From Octopus sinensis (taxonomy: Eukaryota): a DNA stretch of 64,000 bases. Below the pieces are notes generated by a model that did not search any database, was not told where the DNA came from, and saw only the letters and a list, made by a program, of their open reading frames with translations. Shown piece after piece: positions 41,497-57,596 of the stretch. Positions within the stretch are counted from its first letter, which is position 1. Every line of letters starts with the position of its first letter. Both the position numbers and the translations under genes were made by a program. Location of the stretch: positions 74,090,001 through 74,154,000 of the forward strand of contig NC_043005.1 in the NCBI RefSeq assembly GCF_006345805.1, written 5' to 3'.

Positions 41497-43024
41497 TACA
41501 TTGTCTAGTCCACTTCATTGACTTCCTTGGTTGCCTCTCTCCAGTTAACACCCCTGCCACTCCTCTGTATCTAACGCTTGCCTCTCGCCCTCTCACCGCA
41601 CATCCCTTAATCATTTACCTATGTCCCTATGTCACTCATATCTTTCTCTCACATGCCTCTCTCACACGTCCCTCTGTTGCTCACCTCCCAGATATTCCCT
41701 CCCTATACTACGGTACCAGTGGCACCAAACTTGGCAGTGGATCTCTTCTATTTGCTATACATTGCTTCCAGTGTTAGTAGGGATGTTACAGCATCTCTCT
41801 GATCGTCAGACTCTCTCCAGACTCATTTGTGTTATTTACTGGTACTGAACCTAACTTATACCACTTACCGATATAAGAATCACCATCTTTCAATTTTCCC
41901 AAACATCACCCTTTGTCTATCCAGACATCTCAGAGCCTACCTTAACTCTAACCCCTCCTGTATATCCTTTCTTTACTATCTCCAGTCAATCTGCCATTAT
42001 ACCCTGCTCCTCAATCTCCAAGGCCATGCTGCCTTCCATAATCACCTTATCCTCTTGGTTGTGCCATCTGTAATATACATATCTCAAAACATGGATTACT
42101 TCTATCACACATTCTTCTTAACGTTATTCAAGGCTCTCCCTCAATAAAGAAGTTGGTGAATGAGCAGAGATGTCAGGGACATGAGGTATTTTAGTCATGT
42201 CAAAGAGATTCTTAGTTCTCTAGCACTGGCACCTTGGAAAATACACCCGGTACATGCTGTAAAGTGTAAAGTTGTAAGGACCATTTAGGCCTTTCTTGTG
42301 CTGGTGCTATGAGAAAACTACACAGTACACTTTGTAAAGTAGCTAGTGTTAGAAAAGGCAAATAAACTGAGGTCTTTCCAATTTGTCTACTAAGCATTAA
42401 ACACAAATATGAATTAATTTCCAACCATAGTGACCCATCCAACACAATAAGTGGCAGTAAAAACAATGAATGCGTGTGTGTGTGTGTGTGTGTTTGTGAA
42501 AATAATAACAACACAAAATATTTTAAATTTTTGAATAAAAGGAAAGTCTATACACACCATGTACACTACAGATATAGGGTTCAACAGCTGTGAGTTTAGA
42601 TGGTTCATCTGAGTTCATTGGAATTATCGTAATTTTCATTCGGCGAGCAACAACACCATTCCCATTATTAAATGTAATTGTTGTGGTTAATCTGCCATCC
42701 ACTGGTTCTGTAATGACCTGAAATAGTAATTGTTCTAAGATTATAATTTTTATCATTCTATTTTTTCCATCCACATATTGATACTTGTATGAGTCAAGCA
42801 CAGCTTACTGAGGAAAATTTTCTATGGTCAGATTCCCCTCCTGTTGCCAACCCTTCCAAGCACCGTAGTATTTCTCACAGCAAGACATGTTTGTTCAGGA
42901 TATTGGAAAGGACTAATACTGCTTGTATGACTGTGACACTCATTTACAACTATCATGCAATGTCAAGAAGAGGAGAGATGAACGAACAAACAAACATACA
43001 TACATACATGCATACATATATATA

Positions 43025-43067
<43 letters not shown>

Positions 43068-43711
43068 TATATACATATATATATATGCATATATATACAT
43101 ATATGCACACTCATATATATATACAAATATATATATATATATGTATATATATACATAAATATATATATGCACACACTCATATATATACAAATATATATAT
43201 ATATGCATACATATATATACATATATATATAAATACATATACACATATATATATACATATATATAAATACATATATATGTGGAGGCGCAATGGCCCAGTG
43301 GTTAGGGCAGCGGACTCGCAGTCGTAGGATCGCGGTTTTGATTCCCAGACCGGGCGTTGTGAGTGTTTATTGAGCGAAAACACCTAAAGCTCCACGAGGC
43401 TCCGGCAGGGGATGGTGGTGATCCCTGCTGTACTCTTTCACCACAACTTTCTCTCACTCTTACTTCCTGTTTCTGTTGTACCTGTATTTCAAGGGGCCGG
43501 TCTTGTCACTCTCTGTGTCACGCTGAATATCCCCGAGAACTGCGTTAAGGGTACACGTGTCTGTGGAGTGCTCAGCCACTTACACGTTAATTTCACGAGC
43601 AGGCTGTTCCGTTGATCGGATCAATCGGAACCCTCGTCGTCGTAACCGACGGAGTGCTTCCACATATATATATATATACATATATATAAATACATATACA
43701 TATATATATAC

Positions 43712-43760
<49 letters not shown>

Positions 43761-43889
43761 CATATATATAAATACATATACATATATATAAATACATATA
43801 TATAAATACATATATATAAATACATATATATAAATACATATACATAAATACATATACATAAATACATATACATAAATACATATACATAA

Positions 43890-43942
<53 letters not shown>

Positions 43943-46900
43943 CAAACAAACAAACAATGGGGACTTAGTTCACAAGTGATAAGTAGAAGATATCTACTTT
44001 GTTAAAGTGTCATCTATAGGGTAGAGAGTAGTAAGAATGGCAGCTTTATAGACTTGTACTTTGGTGTCAAGTTTGATGTGTCTTTCATTCTATAGGTGAT
44101 GACAGAATTTGCCAAATGCGTTGGTTGCCTTTGCAAGACAGTTAATGATTTCATCATAAAAGGAAGCACTCAAATTCACTTTACTACCAAGATATGTAAA
44201 TGACTTCACATAATTTAGGCTTTTCCCATCAACCTGTATAGAAGTGTCAGGAAAATTGTGAACCAGTGGCCTCTGCTTGACACCTCGAATTTGTGTAGGA
44301 GTAGGGCAAAGTTGGTTAAATAAGAATTTAATTTGGTGAGACTACAGGCCTAAGGATTCTATGTATAGACAGAGTACTTGATGCAGGTCAATATTAGTAA
44401 ACGTGGTAAATCAGGTGTTATAGATATCATATGTGTTGATTTTCTTTGTATTTGAACCAATGCAAGAACTTAAAGGACTTGAAGAATTTGTGTTTGCAAA
44501 CACAAATTCTTCAAGTCCTGTAAGTTCTTCCAAAGACATTCAGCTACAACAATTTGAACTTATTTTTCATACCTGATAACATTAGTAGTCAAATAAATCA
44601 TATAAAAAGAATATTTAACATATGTGCAATGAAATACTTACAACTTGTCTTGCAGCATAAAATTTTTCATCACCAAATGTTACTTTGATTTGTCTTATAC
44701 GTGAGGCACTGTACTTTAGTTTGACCCAAGTAACATCCTCTTTGGCAGATATTTCAATCGTCTGGTCTTCATTCGTGCTTCCAATGACCCAAGATTTATT
44801 GCTATAAAATGCATCTATTGCATCTTCATTTGAAGATTTCATAATAAATTCTGTTCCAAAGTCTTTTAATGATATCAGTTTTTCAGTACATGAGATGCTG
44901 TCACACTCACTCGTTTCAATGATGCATTCATTTGGACACAAGGGATCTTCGTAAGTTCCATTAATTACCGTACAGTTTCTCTTGTAGGGAACATTTGGAG
45001 TTGTTGACTCTAAAAGTAAAAACAAAATAAAATACAAATTTAATGAGAATAAAATTGTTTTATCAACACCATCATCATCATTTAATGTCTGTTTTCCCTG
45101 CTGGCATGGATTGGACAATTTGACAAGAGCTAGCTAGAGGGCAGTACCAAGCTCAATTGTCTATTTTGTCATGGTTTCAACAGCTGGATGCCCTTCTCAA
45201 TACCAACCACTTTACAGAGTGTACAGGGTGCTTTTTTTGTGGCACCAGTACCAGTGGGGATCACAAAATATATTGTGAATTTGCGTGTGGGGCTTGAATG
45301 CCACATCTGCTATAAGCCATGCATCTGTATTTGATTAATATTCATTAATTGAGATAAGTTCATGTGTTGTGAGAATAAGTAAGGTCCGATATTTTAGGCA
45401 GAGCTCTTTGAATTAAAAAGTGCAAATGCATATTTTCTTACAAATTTTATTTATTATTTTTTCTACTAATTCAAATTGTTATTTTTTTTTTTAATTATAT
45501 TTCAAACTTTAACACATTAAACTAGCACCCACATCAAGTGAACTAACTGTGATTTTTTTTTTTTTTTTTTGTCAAAACAACTAAAACAACCAAAACTTAA
45601 GTACAGTATTTTTCTGTTCTGAAATCCTCACTCTGACATTATACTTTCCTTCAGAGAACTGATAGTTCATTTTGTTGTATTCCCTTTCAAAAACAGAATT
45701 GGTTCAACAAATCAGAAGACTGTGTTGTGCTCCAATGTCTGTTTTGGTATGGTTTCTATAGTTTGATGCCCTTCCTAATACCATCCATTTTACAGAGTTT
45801 ATTGGATGCTTTTTTCATGGTACCAGTGCAAGGTAAACTAAAGAAACTTCACAACTGAATGGGAGTATAGAATAGGGAGAGATAGCTCTATGGTTGGTTT
45901 TGAGAGGTTAAAGTATAATGCAAGAGACAGGAACAGGGTTCTTGCTACACGGGAGATACACGGCCACCTCATATTATGTAAGTGTAAGAGTAATTAACAT
46001 GGAGTTGGAAAGAGAGGTAAAGATTCTGATGACAAGGTGTCAGAGTGTGCTCTCTGGATACAGGTAGGGAGTAGAAGATAGTATGAGAACAGAAAATCAG
46101 GAGGGGTAGATGAGTAGAGGTTGCAAGTGTGTGGGGGGAAGTGACAGATGGCTGGAGATGGGATTAGGAATGATTTTGGCTCAATAAGCTAGCAACCAAA
46201 TCAAGTGAACTAGCAGTGTGCTTTCTTTCATAGCAACTAAAACACTGCCAGAACGTTAATATAACATCCTTAACTTTTGAGGATATATATAACCTTTGAA
46301 ATCAACCAAATATAACATCTTTAACCTTTGAAATCAACCAACCCTGATATTGCACTATGATCTTTCCCTACTGGCAACTGACAGGGAATTTCAAGGTATT
46401 TCTTGTTGAATATTAGAAAATATTTAATGGTCCACTAAAATATATAATGGTCCATTCTGGACCACCAAAAAGGACTTGAAGACTTAGTGTTCATTTAGTA
46501 TGTTGAGGGTCAGTCAACATGGTAGAACCTTTCCATCTTCAGAATATTAATTTTTAGTTACAAATTTCAAATCCAAAGAATAGCTTAATCCTTTTATTAC
46601 TATATTCCTGTTGAAATACACTACTTTTACTTCAATTTATTTAAAATATTATGAAGAATTTATTAAAATGATTTTGCAGTAATTTAAGCTAATGTTTAAA
46701 ACATAAAACCTTCCATCAAATTTTCATGTTATTTCAATCACTTTAAAACAATAAATCTATGTCATTGAACCAAGGGCAGTTTCAGAGAGGTTGGTATGAA
46801 AAGAGTTAAGCACAATGGTACCACCAAGTATTGAACTTATGTCAAAGACTTGCCTTCAAGTAGATATTTTTCCCAAAACCTACAGCACTAACAATAGAAG

Positions 46901-49900
46901 ATATTAAAATGAACTTTCACTAAGATCTCTTGCAGTTAACAATGCAATATAAAACAAATCGGCTTTAACAAAACTTACGGATTTGTACGCATTCACAGCA
47001 CCTGTCTTCGTTCTCGTAGAGATTTAAATAATATCCCTGAAATAAATTTGTTTTAAATTTGTAGATTTATTGTGAAAGTTAATGAAGAGAGAATAGGATT
47101 ATTGAAACAATGCCATTGAAAACCTGAATCATTAACAACACTGAAATATCATCTAAATGCAACACATTTAAATTCTTTTTAAAATCAAAATCATGAACTA
47201 ACCTTTTCCAACCAAGGATAGTTATTCTAGTATCAGATATTTGAAATTACTAAATAACTAGAGGATTACAATTCTATTTTATTTTATGACAAACCAATAG
47301 TATTTATTCTTTTGCATTTTATTAATGTATTAAATATATTTTTTTCGTACATACTTCTATATTATATATAATTTATTTTAAAGTAATCTTTGACATTTGC
47401 TTCTTTTCACTTTACTAATGATTAATTAGGCAAAACACCTAAGCTCCATGCAGCTCCGGCAGAAGGTAATGGCGAACTTCTGCTGATTCCTTTGCCACAA
47501 CTTTCTCTCACTCTTTCCTCCTGCATCTTACAGCTCACCTGTGATGGACCGGCGTCCCGTCCAGGTGGGGGAACCTATATGCCAAGGAAACCAGGAAACT
47601 GGCCCTTATGAGCCAGGCATGGCTCGAGAAGGAACAAACAATGATTAATTAGAAGTGTGACAAACTATCACACCTCATCTTTTCAATCTTTCTCCTTTCA
47701 AGTTCTCTCTTTTTCTCTATTGTTCTTCAGCACTCATTTTCTCTCTCTCTCTCTCTCTTTCTCTCTCTATCTCTCTCTCTCTCTCTCTAACATACATATA
47801 TATTGAAAAGTTCCTGGCTTTAAGAATATCATGAAAGGCCTTGCTGGATGTCCCACCTTCTGAGTTCTTTTACAAGGCATGGAAAAACTGAAGGACTGCT
47901 GCAATAAGTGTGTGATTCTGAGAGGGGAATATGTTGAATAAAATCATAATTAACTCATCATCCTGTATTTTATTTTACTCAAATACCCATGCACTTTCTT
48001 CATATACACACACACACACACACACACAATGGGCTTCTTTCAGATTCCATAATCAAAATCCTTTCATAGAACGACTTTAGTGGATTCTGTGATAAAACAT
48101 TATACTCACTGGTGGACATGTTGTTATGGGACAAGTCTTCTTACATATAGCATCCTGTGATTTACATTGGCATTTTAAGCAATCATTTACTTGCCAAGTG
48201 TCACCATCCTGAAGAGATAATTGGAATATAAACAGGAAAAAAATAAATATATTTACATATCAGTGCGCAGATATAGATACATAAATCAAGAATAATTATT
48301 TTCAAGGTGTGCTTCTAATATATTATTATTTAATTACATAAAGGTGGCAAGCTGGCACAACAGTTAGTGCACTGGGTGAAATGCTAAGTGGTATACCGCC
48401 CATCACTACATTCTGAGTTCAAATTCTGCCGAGGTCAACTTTAAGTTTGCATCCTTTTGAGATCAATAAATTAAGTACCAGTGAAATACTGAGTCAATGT
48501 AATCAACTAGCACCCTCCCATAAAATTTCAGGCCTTTTGTCTATTGTAGAAAGGATTATTTAATTACATAGCATGATAATTATATTCAAGCTTATATCTA
48601 ATACTACCATATCCAGTACATTATGTTTTTGTACCAGTAATATGTAACTATGGTAGGCAATAGCAGGCAGTATTGTTAACATGCCGGGTGAAATGCTTAG
48701 CGGCATTTTGTCCAGTGGTGTATGGTCATTGTTGTATTGGGTATGCTGCCACACCCAATGCCACCAAATTTCAAGCAGAGGTATAACAAAAGTTTTCCAT
48801 TAAGATTTGTGATTAAATTAATGAATTTATACTGAATTTGCCATTTTCGATGGGTGTGCAGCACACACCTAGCACACCCGGAATATACACCCCTGGTTTT
48901 GTCCATCTTCATGTTCTGAGTTCAAATTCCACCAAGGTTGACTTTGCCTTTCATCCTTTCAGGGTCGATGAAATAAGCACCTGTTTTGTACAGGTATTGA
49001 TGTAATCAACTTATGCCTCCACTGAAATTGCTGGCCTTATGCCAAAATATATAACTATGATTGCTTTGGCAGCTTGTATTTATCTATACATATTGTCTTT
49101 TATCTATAGTCTAAAATGTATCCATACATAGTCTAAATCAACGATAGGGACCCAATTACTGGTGAGAATCATATATATATGAAACCAGACCAGCTGATCC
49201 CACTTTTGTTGTTTACAAAGCTATTGTATTAAAAAATAGTCTAAATTTATCTACAGAATATTTGTAGAGAATTTTAATTACTAGACTGGCTTAAATAAAC
49301 ACTTCAGTTTATTTTGTGGTGTGTAGGGCAACAATTTACTTTTGTAGAGATTAGGAAGTATTGGATAACACTCTGTAACAAAAGTTTTATTTTTTGTGTG
49401 TGTCTTTGGTCAATAAGAGTTATTTCCTACTTGCTTCTACCTAGAAATCAAAGTAAATGACTACTATTCCCTTCAAACTTTGCTTTTGTCACCTGGACAT
49501 GTTTTGAAACTGACCTATTTTCCATTACATTTCAGACAGATTCAGCACTGAGTTGCTGAAGCAGAAATATCATTATAGCTAATATTCATCTCAATACCAC
49601 AGATTTGTTTGTCAGTTGCTTGACCTTAACTACACTTAGTGTCTGACAATATGTGCATCTCTGATCATGAACAGGAGTAGTGGGGGAGCATCATAGCCAT
49701 GTGTTGAGAGGGATTCTTTTGGGTTTGAATAAATGTAACAAAAGCAAAGTTTGAAGGAATTATTAACCATTTTTCATACTTTCTTGGGATAAGCAAGTAG
49801 GAATAACAATTGCTACCCAAAGGACAAAAATCGTGTTACACCATGTAATTGGTGAGTATTTTAGTTTTCAGTACTAGACTCAAATCTTCTCATAGATCCT

Positions 49901-52900
49901 AATCAAATATATTGGAAAATTACTCCTGAGTATTAATCTTAATTGTAACTAATGAGGAGTAGATATAGGTTGTCAGCAAGTCGATACTGCAACATGAGTT
50001 TCATTTCAATTACTTTTTGTGTCCTTAATTTCAGAACTTAATTTTATAATGTTTTGTCTTCTGAGAAGATTCTCAAGAACTACAAGTGAGCTCCAAATTC
50101 ATAGCATTACAAAGAAAGATAAATCTTTTTACCCTGAGTAGGACACCAGTCTAATAACACTCACATATGACCATTTTTCATATTTTTCATATGGTACCAT
50201 TTTTCAATCGAAGCAATGTAAAAGGATCTTCTCAGCAAGATTAGCTTAGTTTACTACCTTACACACTCAGCCATTTTACATTTACTTTATATGGAGATAT
50301 ATGGATTATGTTGATTTTCAATGATTCCAGTTATTTGCAGTAACCCAATGACCCAATAAGTCAAAGGTCATGCTCATATTCGTTCACCTAATCTCTACAA
50401 AGTCAGTATTGTTACATTAACTAAATGTTCAACAAGATACTGTATAGGGTAGTGTTTCTCAACCATTTTTTATCAATGGACCCCTATGATTTCTATTTTA
50501 CTCAGATAGACCCTCATAGCTATTCAATGTTTAAAAAATCATTATATTAATTATAATTAAATATTATTAGGAATTATGTTTTAAAAAATGTTAAAATATT
50601 TTGTGTATTGTTGAAATATAAGCAATTTATTGCAGTTAAATTTTAACAAAATCTTATCTGGACCCCCAAGGGTATTATGCACTCCAGTTGAGAACATCAT
50701 CATCTTTTAATGTCCGTTTTCTATGCTAGCACGGGTTGGACAGTTCGACCGGGGTCTGGGAAGCCAGGAGGCTGCACCAGGCTCCAGTCTGATCTGGCAG
50801 TCTGGAGCCTGGTGCAGCCTCCTGGCTTCCCAGACCCCGGTCGAATCATCCAACCCGTGCTAACTCGGAATATAAAAAAACAGATTGGAGGTCCTTGATA
50901 TTCAATCTACTGAGAGCTGATGATAGCTGATGATGATGCATGCATTTCCCAAGGTCATTAAGAATATAAGAAAAATTAAAAAAACATGCATCAGTTGAGA
51001 ATAAAGAAAGGATTTCTACCTTCTGTTCTGCAGTAATTGTCACAGTGAACAGAAAATTAAAAGCTACAGTTGGCTATTATGCTATTTGTTAATTTTAACA
51101 AAAAAATCTTATCTGGACCCTACAGGATATTATGCACCCCAGTTGAGAACCATTGAACAAAATGAAGACATTATATAGAGCAAAAGACATAAACATAATT
51201 TGCTTACATCGTAAATGGTTCCATTGAATAGACATTTGCAATCTTTCTCATCCGACCCATCTTCACAATCGACAATTCTGTTACAGCGATGATGGTGAGG
51301 CAAACATTGGGAACAATCATGACATGGGAATGTCCCAGATGGACAATGACAATCTACACCGGTGGTAGTAGGAGCTGATGGAGCTATAGTGGTTACTGAA
51401 AACAAAGTAAAATCACAGTTAGAAAACAAACAAAAAAAAATTGGTCTCATTTTCGACAAGGCACAAAAGGTTCTGTACTTTAAAAGATGAAGAAATGGGA
51501 TGTGATGCTGATACATTTTGATCTGATTTCAAGGAAAACATTTGAAAAAAATGTCAAAAACTTGAACATCTCGGGACAAATACTGCAGTAACTGGCCTAT
51601 CAACAGTGTATATACATTCAGTATGATACATAGATGGCTATTTTAACTAAATTCAGTCTCAATTGCATTTACTGAATTACTATAGATAATATATCAATTC
51701 ATCTTAAACTTAACTGAATATGAAGACACTTGCCCAAGATGCCACTGCATAGCATTTACATTCTTAGTGGTGGGGTGGCAAATTCCTGGGAACATGGTCA
51801 GGTCACTTAGAGTAAAGGACTCAAAGTTAGAAGTGAGTATTAATAAGCTTAATCTATGAGTTCAATGATGCTGATTTATGTCAGACAAATGAGAGAGGGC
51901 TGCGTAGTACATGTTGTAGAGAATGATTCTATTGAAACTGAAAGTTTGTCTTGAGTCTCATGTTTCACATCACTGTGATTGTAATAAACATTATCAACCA
52001 CACATACACTAGCACTGCTTCTATTTCGTATTTCATTTCATTGTGACTGTATTCTGGCCTAGAGATTGAAGAGGCATGAAACTCAAGTCATAAGACAAAC
52101 TTTCTGTTTGGTAGCAGGAGGCATGAAAAAAAGCACTCATTACAGATAAAATGGTCGACATCAGGAAGGGTGTCCAGCCATAGAAACTGCACCAAATCAA
52201 ACACTGAAGAACATGCAGTCCTTAGACCCATATGGCTATTAAATGATGAGTGTGTGTGTGTGTGCATGTGTGTGTATGTATGTATACATATATGTGTGTA
52301 TACATGTATGGCTTCGTGAACAGTTCAGAAATATAACTTACTTGGAACACATGAGCAACATTCATCTGGAGGAGAAACCAGCTCAAAACCCTAAGAAAAA
52401 AAGAAACAAGGAAAAGAAAAAATAATTTGGTGTAAACAAAATTAAATGTATAATATATAATTCAATGAACAAATTTAAAAATATCCTTTATATATAATAT
52501 CTTGACTAATGACTGACATAATTCATTATTAAAAGAAATTCACTTTCAGCTGTGACCAATTATTGATGCATGCTGGTGAGGAAGCTTCTTCATGGTCACT
52601 TGATCTGCTAGAAACAGCAACGAAATTTATGTATTGGATTTTGGGGGACCCCAGATAAGACTTAGCTTTTAAATTTGTGAATTGAAGCAAGAAATACATT
52701 GGAGAGAAAGTGGAAACAAACAAGAGCAAAAAGACATGTGAGTGCATGTGTGTGTGTTTTTGCACATTTGTATATGTGTTTGTGTGCATGTTTTTGTGTG
52801 TGTGTGTGTGTATTTTGCACAAGCCCAGCCAAATATTCATATTGTGGCAGGTTTTCAAGAAATCGTGGGAGTATGGTCAAGAGGATATTTTGCTCTGTAG

Positions 52901-55900
52901 ACCTCAAAAAGACATACAACCATGTTTCATGGGACTTTTTTGAGAGTTTCTGCAGGAGTAGGGGAACAACAGACAGCTTCTTGTTGCCTTGACATCCCTA
53001 TATGAATGCCTTAGTATTTGTATTTGGATAAATGGTGCTTACTCAAAACCATTTAATGTGGGTGCTGGGCTCAGCCAAGGGTGCATACTGTCACTTCTCC
53101 TGTTCATAATCTTTATGGACAAGACTGACATGCGCAGCCAGGTTGAAGGCTCAGTCAGCTAGAATTTGCAGATGATATGTTACTATTCAACTGATCAAAA
53201 TGGGATCTCCAACATGCGCTTGATAGGTTTGCTGCAGACTGCTGCTCAGTAGGAATGAAAATGAGGGCTGTGCAAACTGAGACACTTGTCCTCTCAAGGA
53301 AATCTGCACAATTCACTCTACATGTGACTGGAGTTCCACTGAAGCAAATGGAGAAGTTCATGTATCTTGGAGCCATTTTCAAAAGTGATGGCAAGCAGGA
53401 AGCTTGATCAAGCACAAGAATTGCAGGAGTTGAGGCATAAAAATGCCAGCTTCTGCACTGAGACATCAGTAAAAAGGAGGTAGGTGTAAAAGCCAAACTC
53501 ACCCTCTTCAATTCAGTGTTTGTGCCTACCTTTACCTATGATCATGAATCTTGGATAATGACAGAAAGAATCTGATCACAAATACAAGCAGCCAAGATCA
53601 GGTTCCTCTGAAGGGTCTTTGGAGGTAATGTTACTTGATAGAGAGTGTAGCTTGGAGATCAAAGAGGTGCTACAGGGAGAGCTGCTACATCTCCGAATTG
53701 AGAGAACATAGCTCCAATATAACAGACATGTAGGAAGAATGTCTCAGGAAATAATCACTGGACAGGTTTTGCAGACAAAAACCAACCAGCAGGAGACCCA
53801 GGGGTAGGCTCTGTTTGTCAAAGTCCTTTCATCACCATTCATGACCTCATTAATGACCTCCAGATCTACTTCAGATCTGTCTTCAACATATGAATTTGCA
53901 TCAAGAATCTTACAAACCAAATACAAAAGCAAAGATTCATAACAACAGTATGGAACATTTTATGTTTAATATAACTTAATTGTTCATCTGTTTTTATGTT
54001 CTGAGTTCAAATTCTGCTGAGGTCGACTTTGCCTTTCATCCTTTTGGGGTTGATAAATTAAGTACCAGTTGTATACTGGGATCGATCTAATCGACTGGCC
54101 CCCTCCCCAAAACTTTCAGGCCTTGTGCCTAGAGTAGAAAAATTATATAACTTAATTGTGAATTTTAAACCTTCTTTAATTACTATTTATTTATCTAGTG
54201 CAGAGAAAATGTTCTGAAAACAGATAAAACTCACTTCAGCACAAGATTCCAAGTTGCAAATATGTACACACTCCAATGTACAGTTGTATTCATATACACA
54301 TTCTTTGTTGCATTCTTCACCTTTCTGAATAAATTTCTCATGAGGCTATATATAAATATATAGAAAAATAAGTAGAAATTTAGTTGGAACTAGTACGAAA
54401 TTTGAAAATATTTTTAATGTTTAGCATGAAAGATAGTTAACAGATGTTAAACAGATATTTATGGATTTTAGTTCATCTAAATGTAAGGCATTTAAAGAAT
54501 GACAAGGATAATAATTAATAAAACAATAATGACAATAATAAAGAGGTGGTTAAAGACCATGGTAATGATGAGGAAGAACAGGGAAAGGATGAGAGTCATC
54601 ATCATCATCATCATTATTATCATTCAACATTTGTTTTCCATGCTAGTGTGGGTTAGATGGTTTGACCAGAGCTGGTGAGGATAGGAGCTGCACCAGGCTC
54701 TGTTGTCTGTTCTGATATGGTTTCTATAGCTGGATGTCCTTTTTAATGCCAACCACTTTATAGTGTCCTGGGTACTTTTTACATAGCACCAGCATCAGTG
54801 CTTTTTACATGGCACATGAAAATTGTGGTACTAGTGATGGTGATGACATGATAACAATGATGACAATGGCTCTTGACATGATGACAATGGCTCTTGACAA
54901 CAGCCAAATATCAGGAATTGCTAGATGAGGGTCTTGTCAAAAGATATCACATTCCCTTATTCTTTATTTCAATAGGGAATGAGGGCACATGTTGCCATCT
55001 ACTGCTGCAACTTTCCACTGGGATTGGGGGTGCTATTTCCTGAGGAAGATTAGTTTGAGCCTAAACAACTGAAGAAGGCCATGAACAAGATAAAAACTAA
55101 CTCAAGGTGACTGTGTTTGACAAGAGTCCACAGACAGAACCCTTCTGCAGGTGAAGATTAATTCAGTCCTTACTGGTGAACTCAGGCAGAGCATACAAGC
55201 TAAGGGGTGACCCTAACATATCTGTTAAAAAAAAAAAAATAAATGCACCCTTTTAAAGCCTACCCAGGCTCATGGGCCCATTTTCCCAGTTTCTGTGGCG
55301 TATGTGTTCTCCAGCTGGACGGGACGCCAGTCCATCGCAGCATTACTCATTTTTGCTAGCTGAGTGGACTGGAGCAACATGAAATGAAGTGTTTTGCTCA
55401 AGAACACAATGCATCGCCCAGTCCAAGAATCAAAACCACAATCTTATGATCATGATGCTGAAACCCTAACCATTAAGCCACGTGCCACCACATAACATAT
55501 CTATTGATGATACGTAAAAAGTTTCCAACTTTAGAATGGATTTAATTGCTGTCAGAAGAGTTTGCATTGATTTAAGGAGCCCCTGCTGTTTCTACATGGA
55601 ACAAAGCATCCTTTATGTTTATTTCTTCACATGATGATGATAAAAGTACCAGACAATATGAAAGTACAAGACAATGATGAAAGTACAAGACAATGATGAA
55701 AGTACCAGACAATGATGAAAGTACCAGACAGAGATGACAGGTGATCATAATAATAGTATTCTGAAATAATGTTAATACTAGCTTTGGTGATAGACACAGA
55801 TGTTTAAATTTGTAAATTTATCTAACCCACATTGAAACAAAAATGTTAGCAAAATGAAAGAAGCTAAAAGTGAGAACATCTCACCTTGAATGGATGGTTT

Positions 55901-56532
55901 CTGTTATCATCAGTACATACACAGGTTTCTTCCTTTATACAAAAGCCAGTGGCATTATATATCATACCCTCAGTGCACTGACAGCAATAACCTGAAAAAT
56001 ATGATGGAATAATAAACATTCCTTCTGTTGCATCATTGTCTACACTTCCACTTCTCAATATCAATATGTATCATAAGGAGGCAAGCTGGCAGAATCATTA
56101 GGATGCAGGGCAAAATGCCTAGCAGCATTTCATCTGCCTTTACATTCTGAGTTCAAATTCCACTGGGGTCAGCTTTGCCTTTTATCCTTTCAGGGTTGAT
56201 AAAATAAGTACCAGTTGAGCAATAGAGTTGGTGTAATCAATTTACTCACAACCCTGAAATTGCTGGCCAAGTGCCAAAATTTGAAACCGATACTAATATG
56301 TTTTCCCTCTCTCACTCTCTCTCTCTCTCTCTCTCTCTCTACCTCTCCCTCAGCATAGCTGAGTTTGTTTTTGCTACCACATTGGTTTTGCATTGTATCT
56401 CAGTCCATAGAATCTTAATCAAGTGTCTTCTGCAAAGAACCTTGACCAAGTGCCTCAAGTTGACCAATGTCTTGTGAGTGGATTTGGTGGATGGAAACTG
56501 TATAGAAGCCTAGTGTGTGTGTGTGTGTGCAT

Positions 56533-56563
<31 letters not shown>

Positions 56564-57546
56564 CATGTGTGTGTGTGTGTAAAAGAGGAAAGTGTCCATT
56601 GTCTTTTTCAATGGCATAGACAGAAAAGATAAGACAGAAGCTATTACTTTTTTAATGGCACAATCAGAAGAAGGATAACATCCATTACAATTTTAATGGC
56701 ATAACCATATAAAAACGACAAATAGCAGCACATTTGGCCTTCTGTGTATGGCTTCTAGGTCTTTGATAATGAGAAACTGTAAATCATATGTTGATGCAAT
56801 AGGAAACAATGCATCAGGGTGCAGATCTAGTCTCTGAGTAGAGAGCTGGTTTGTACGCTTGCAACAAAGTAGACTCTGCTAAAGGCATCCAATTTGTTTA
56901 TCAAACTGGTGTTGAACCAGATGGAAATTCAGAGAATACAGAAACAAAACTACTGAAATGCATATATCCAGCATTGCATTCTTTCTGTCAATTCACTCTG
57001 TTTTATCTTTAGAAACAAATTATCAATAGATACAAAGTTTAAAAAAGCAAAATAAGTAAAAAACAAAACAAAAACATAATAGTATTTAGTATTGCAATAC
57101 CTGAGCTGTCAATTTGATCAGCTTTCACTTTGCATTCACGTCCAGCAAGGATATCTTCACAAGTTGGTGTACAGCGGCAGATGTCATGAATTTCATTTGG
57201 TTTGTCACAAAGAGTAGGTGTTGTTGATGACAAAGTCGATGTATGCGGTGTAGTCAATGAAGGCTGCTCACAACCATTAAGAATCAGTTGGACTGTGTAC
57301 ACCTTCTCTGTACTTACCAAAGGTTCTAATAGTACAATTTTCAAAACTCTGATGAAGGTTTTGGAGGGAAATTTATACAGTACATCTCCTGTAAAGTACT
57401 GCAAAATTCAAATACATAGTAAGTTAGATAAATTGATGAAAAAAAATTCTGAGACATGGGTTCTTGAATAATAAAATAATTATAAAATGTTCTTTTATTT
57501 ATGAGATTCTGTGGTTTAAAAATTTTTTCTTTAACCATACACATAC

Positions 57547-57596
<50 letters not shown>

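Noticed and set aside
43279-43350. tRNA-like sequence with A and B boxes
   Set aside because: It is a SINE head that continues into SINE body and recurs in diverged copies; not a tRNA gene.
55642-55735. Short regular repeats considered as a CRISPR array
   Set aside because: Tandem units without unique spacers, in eukaryotic context.
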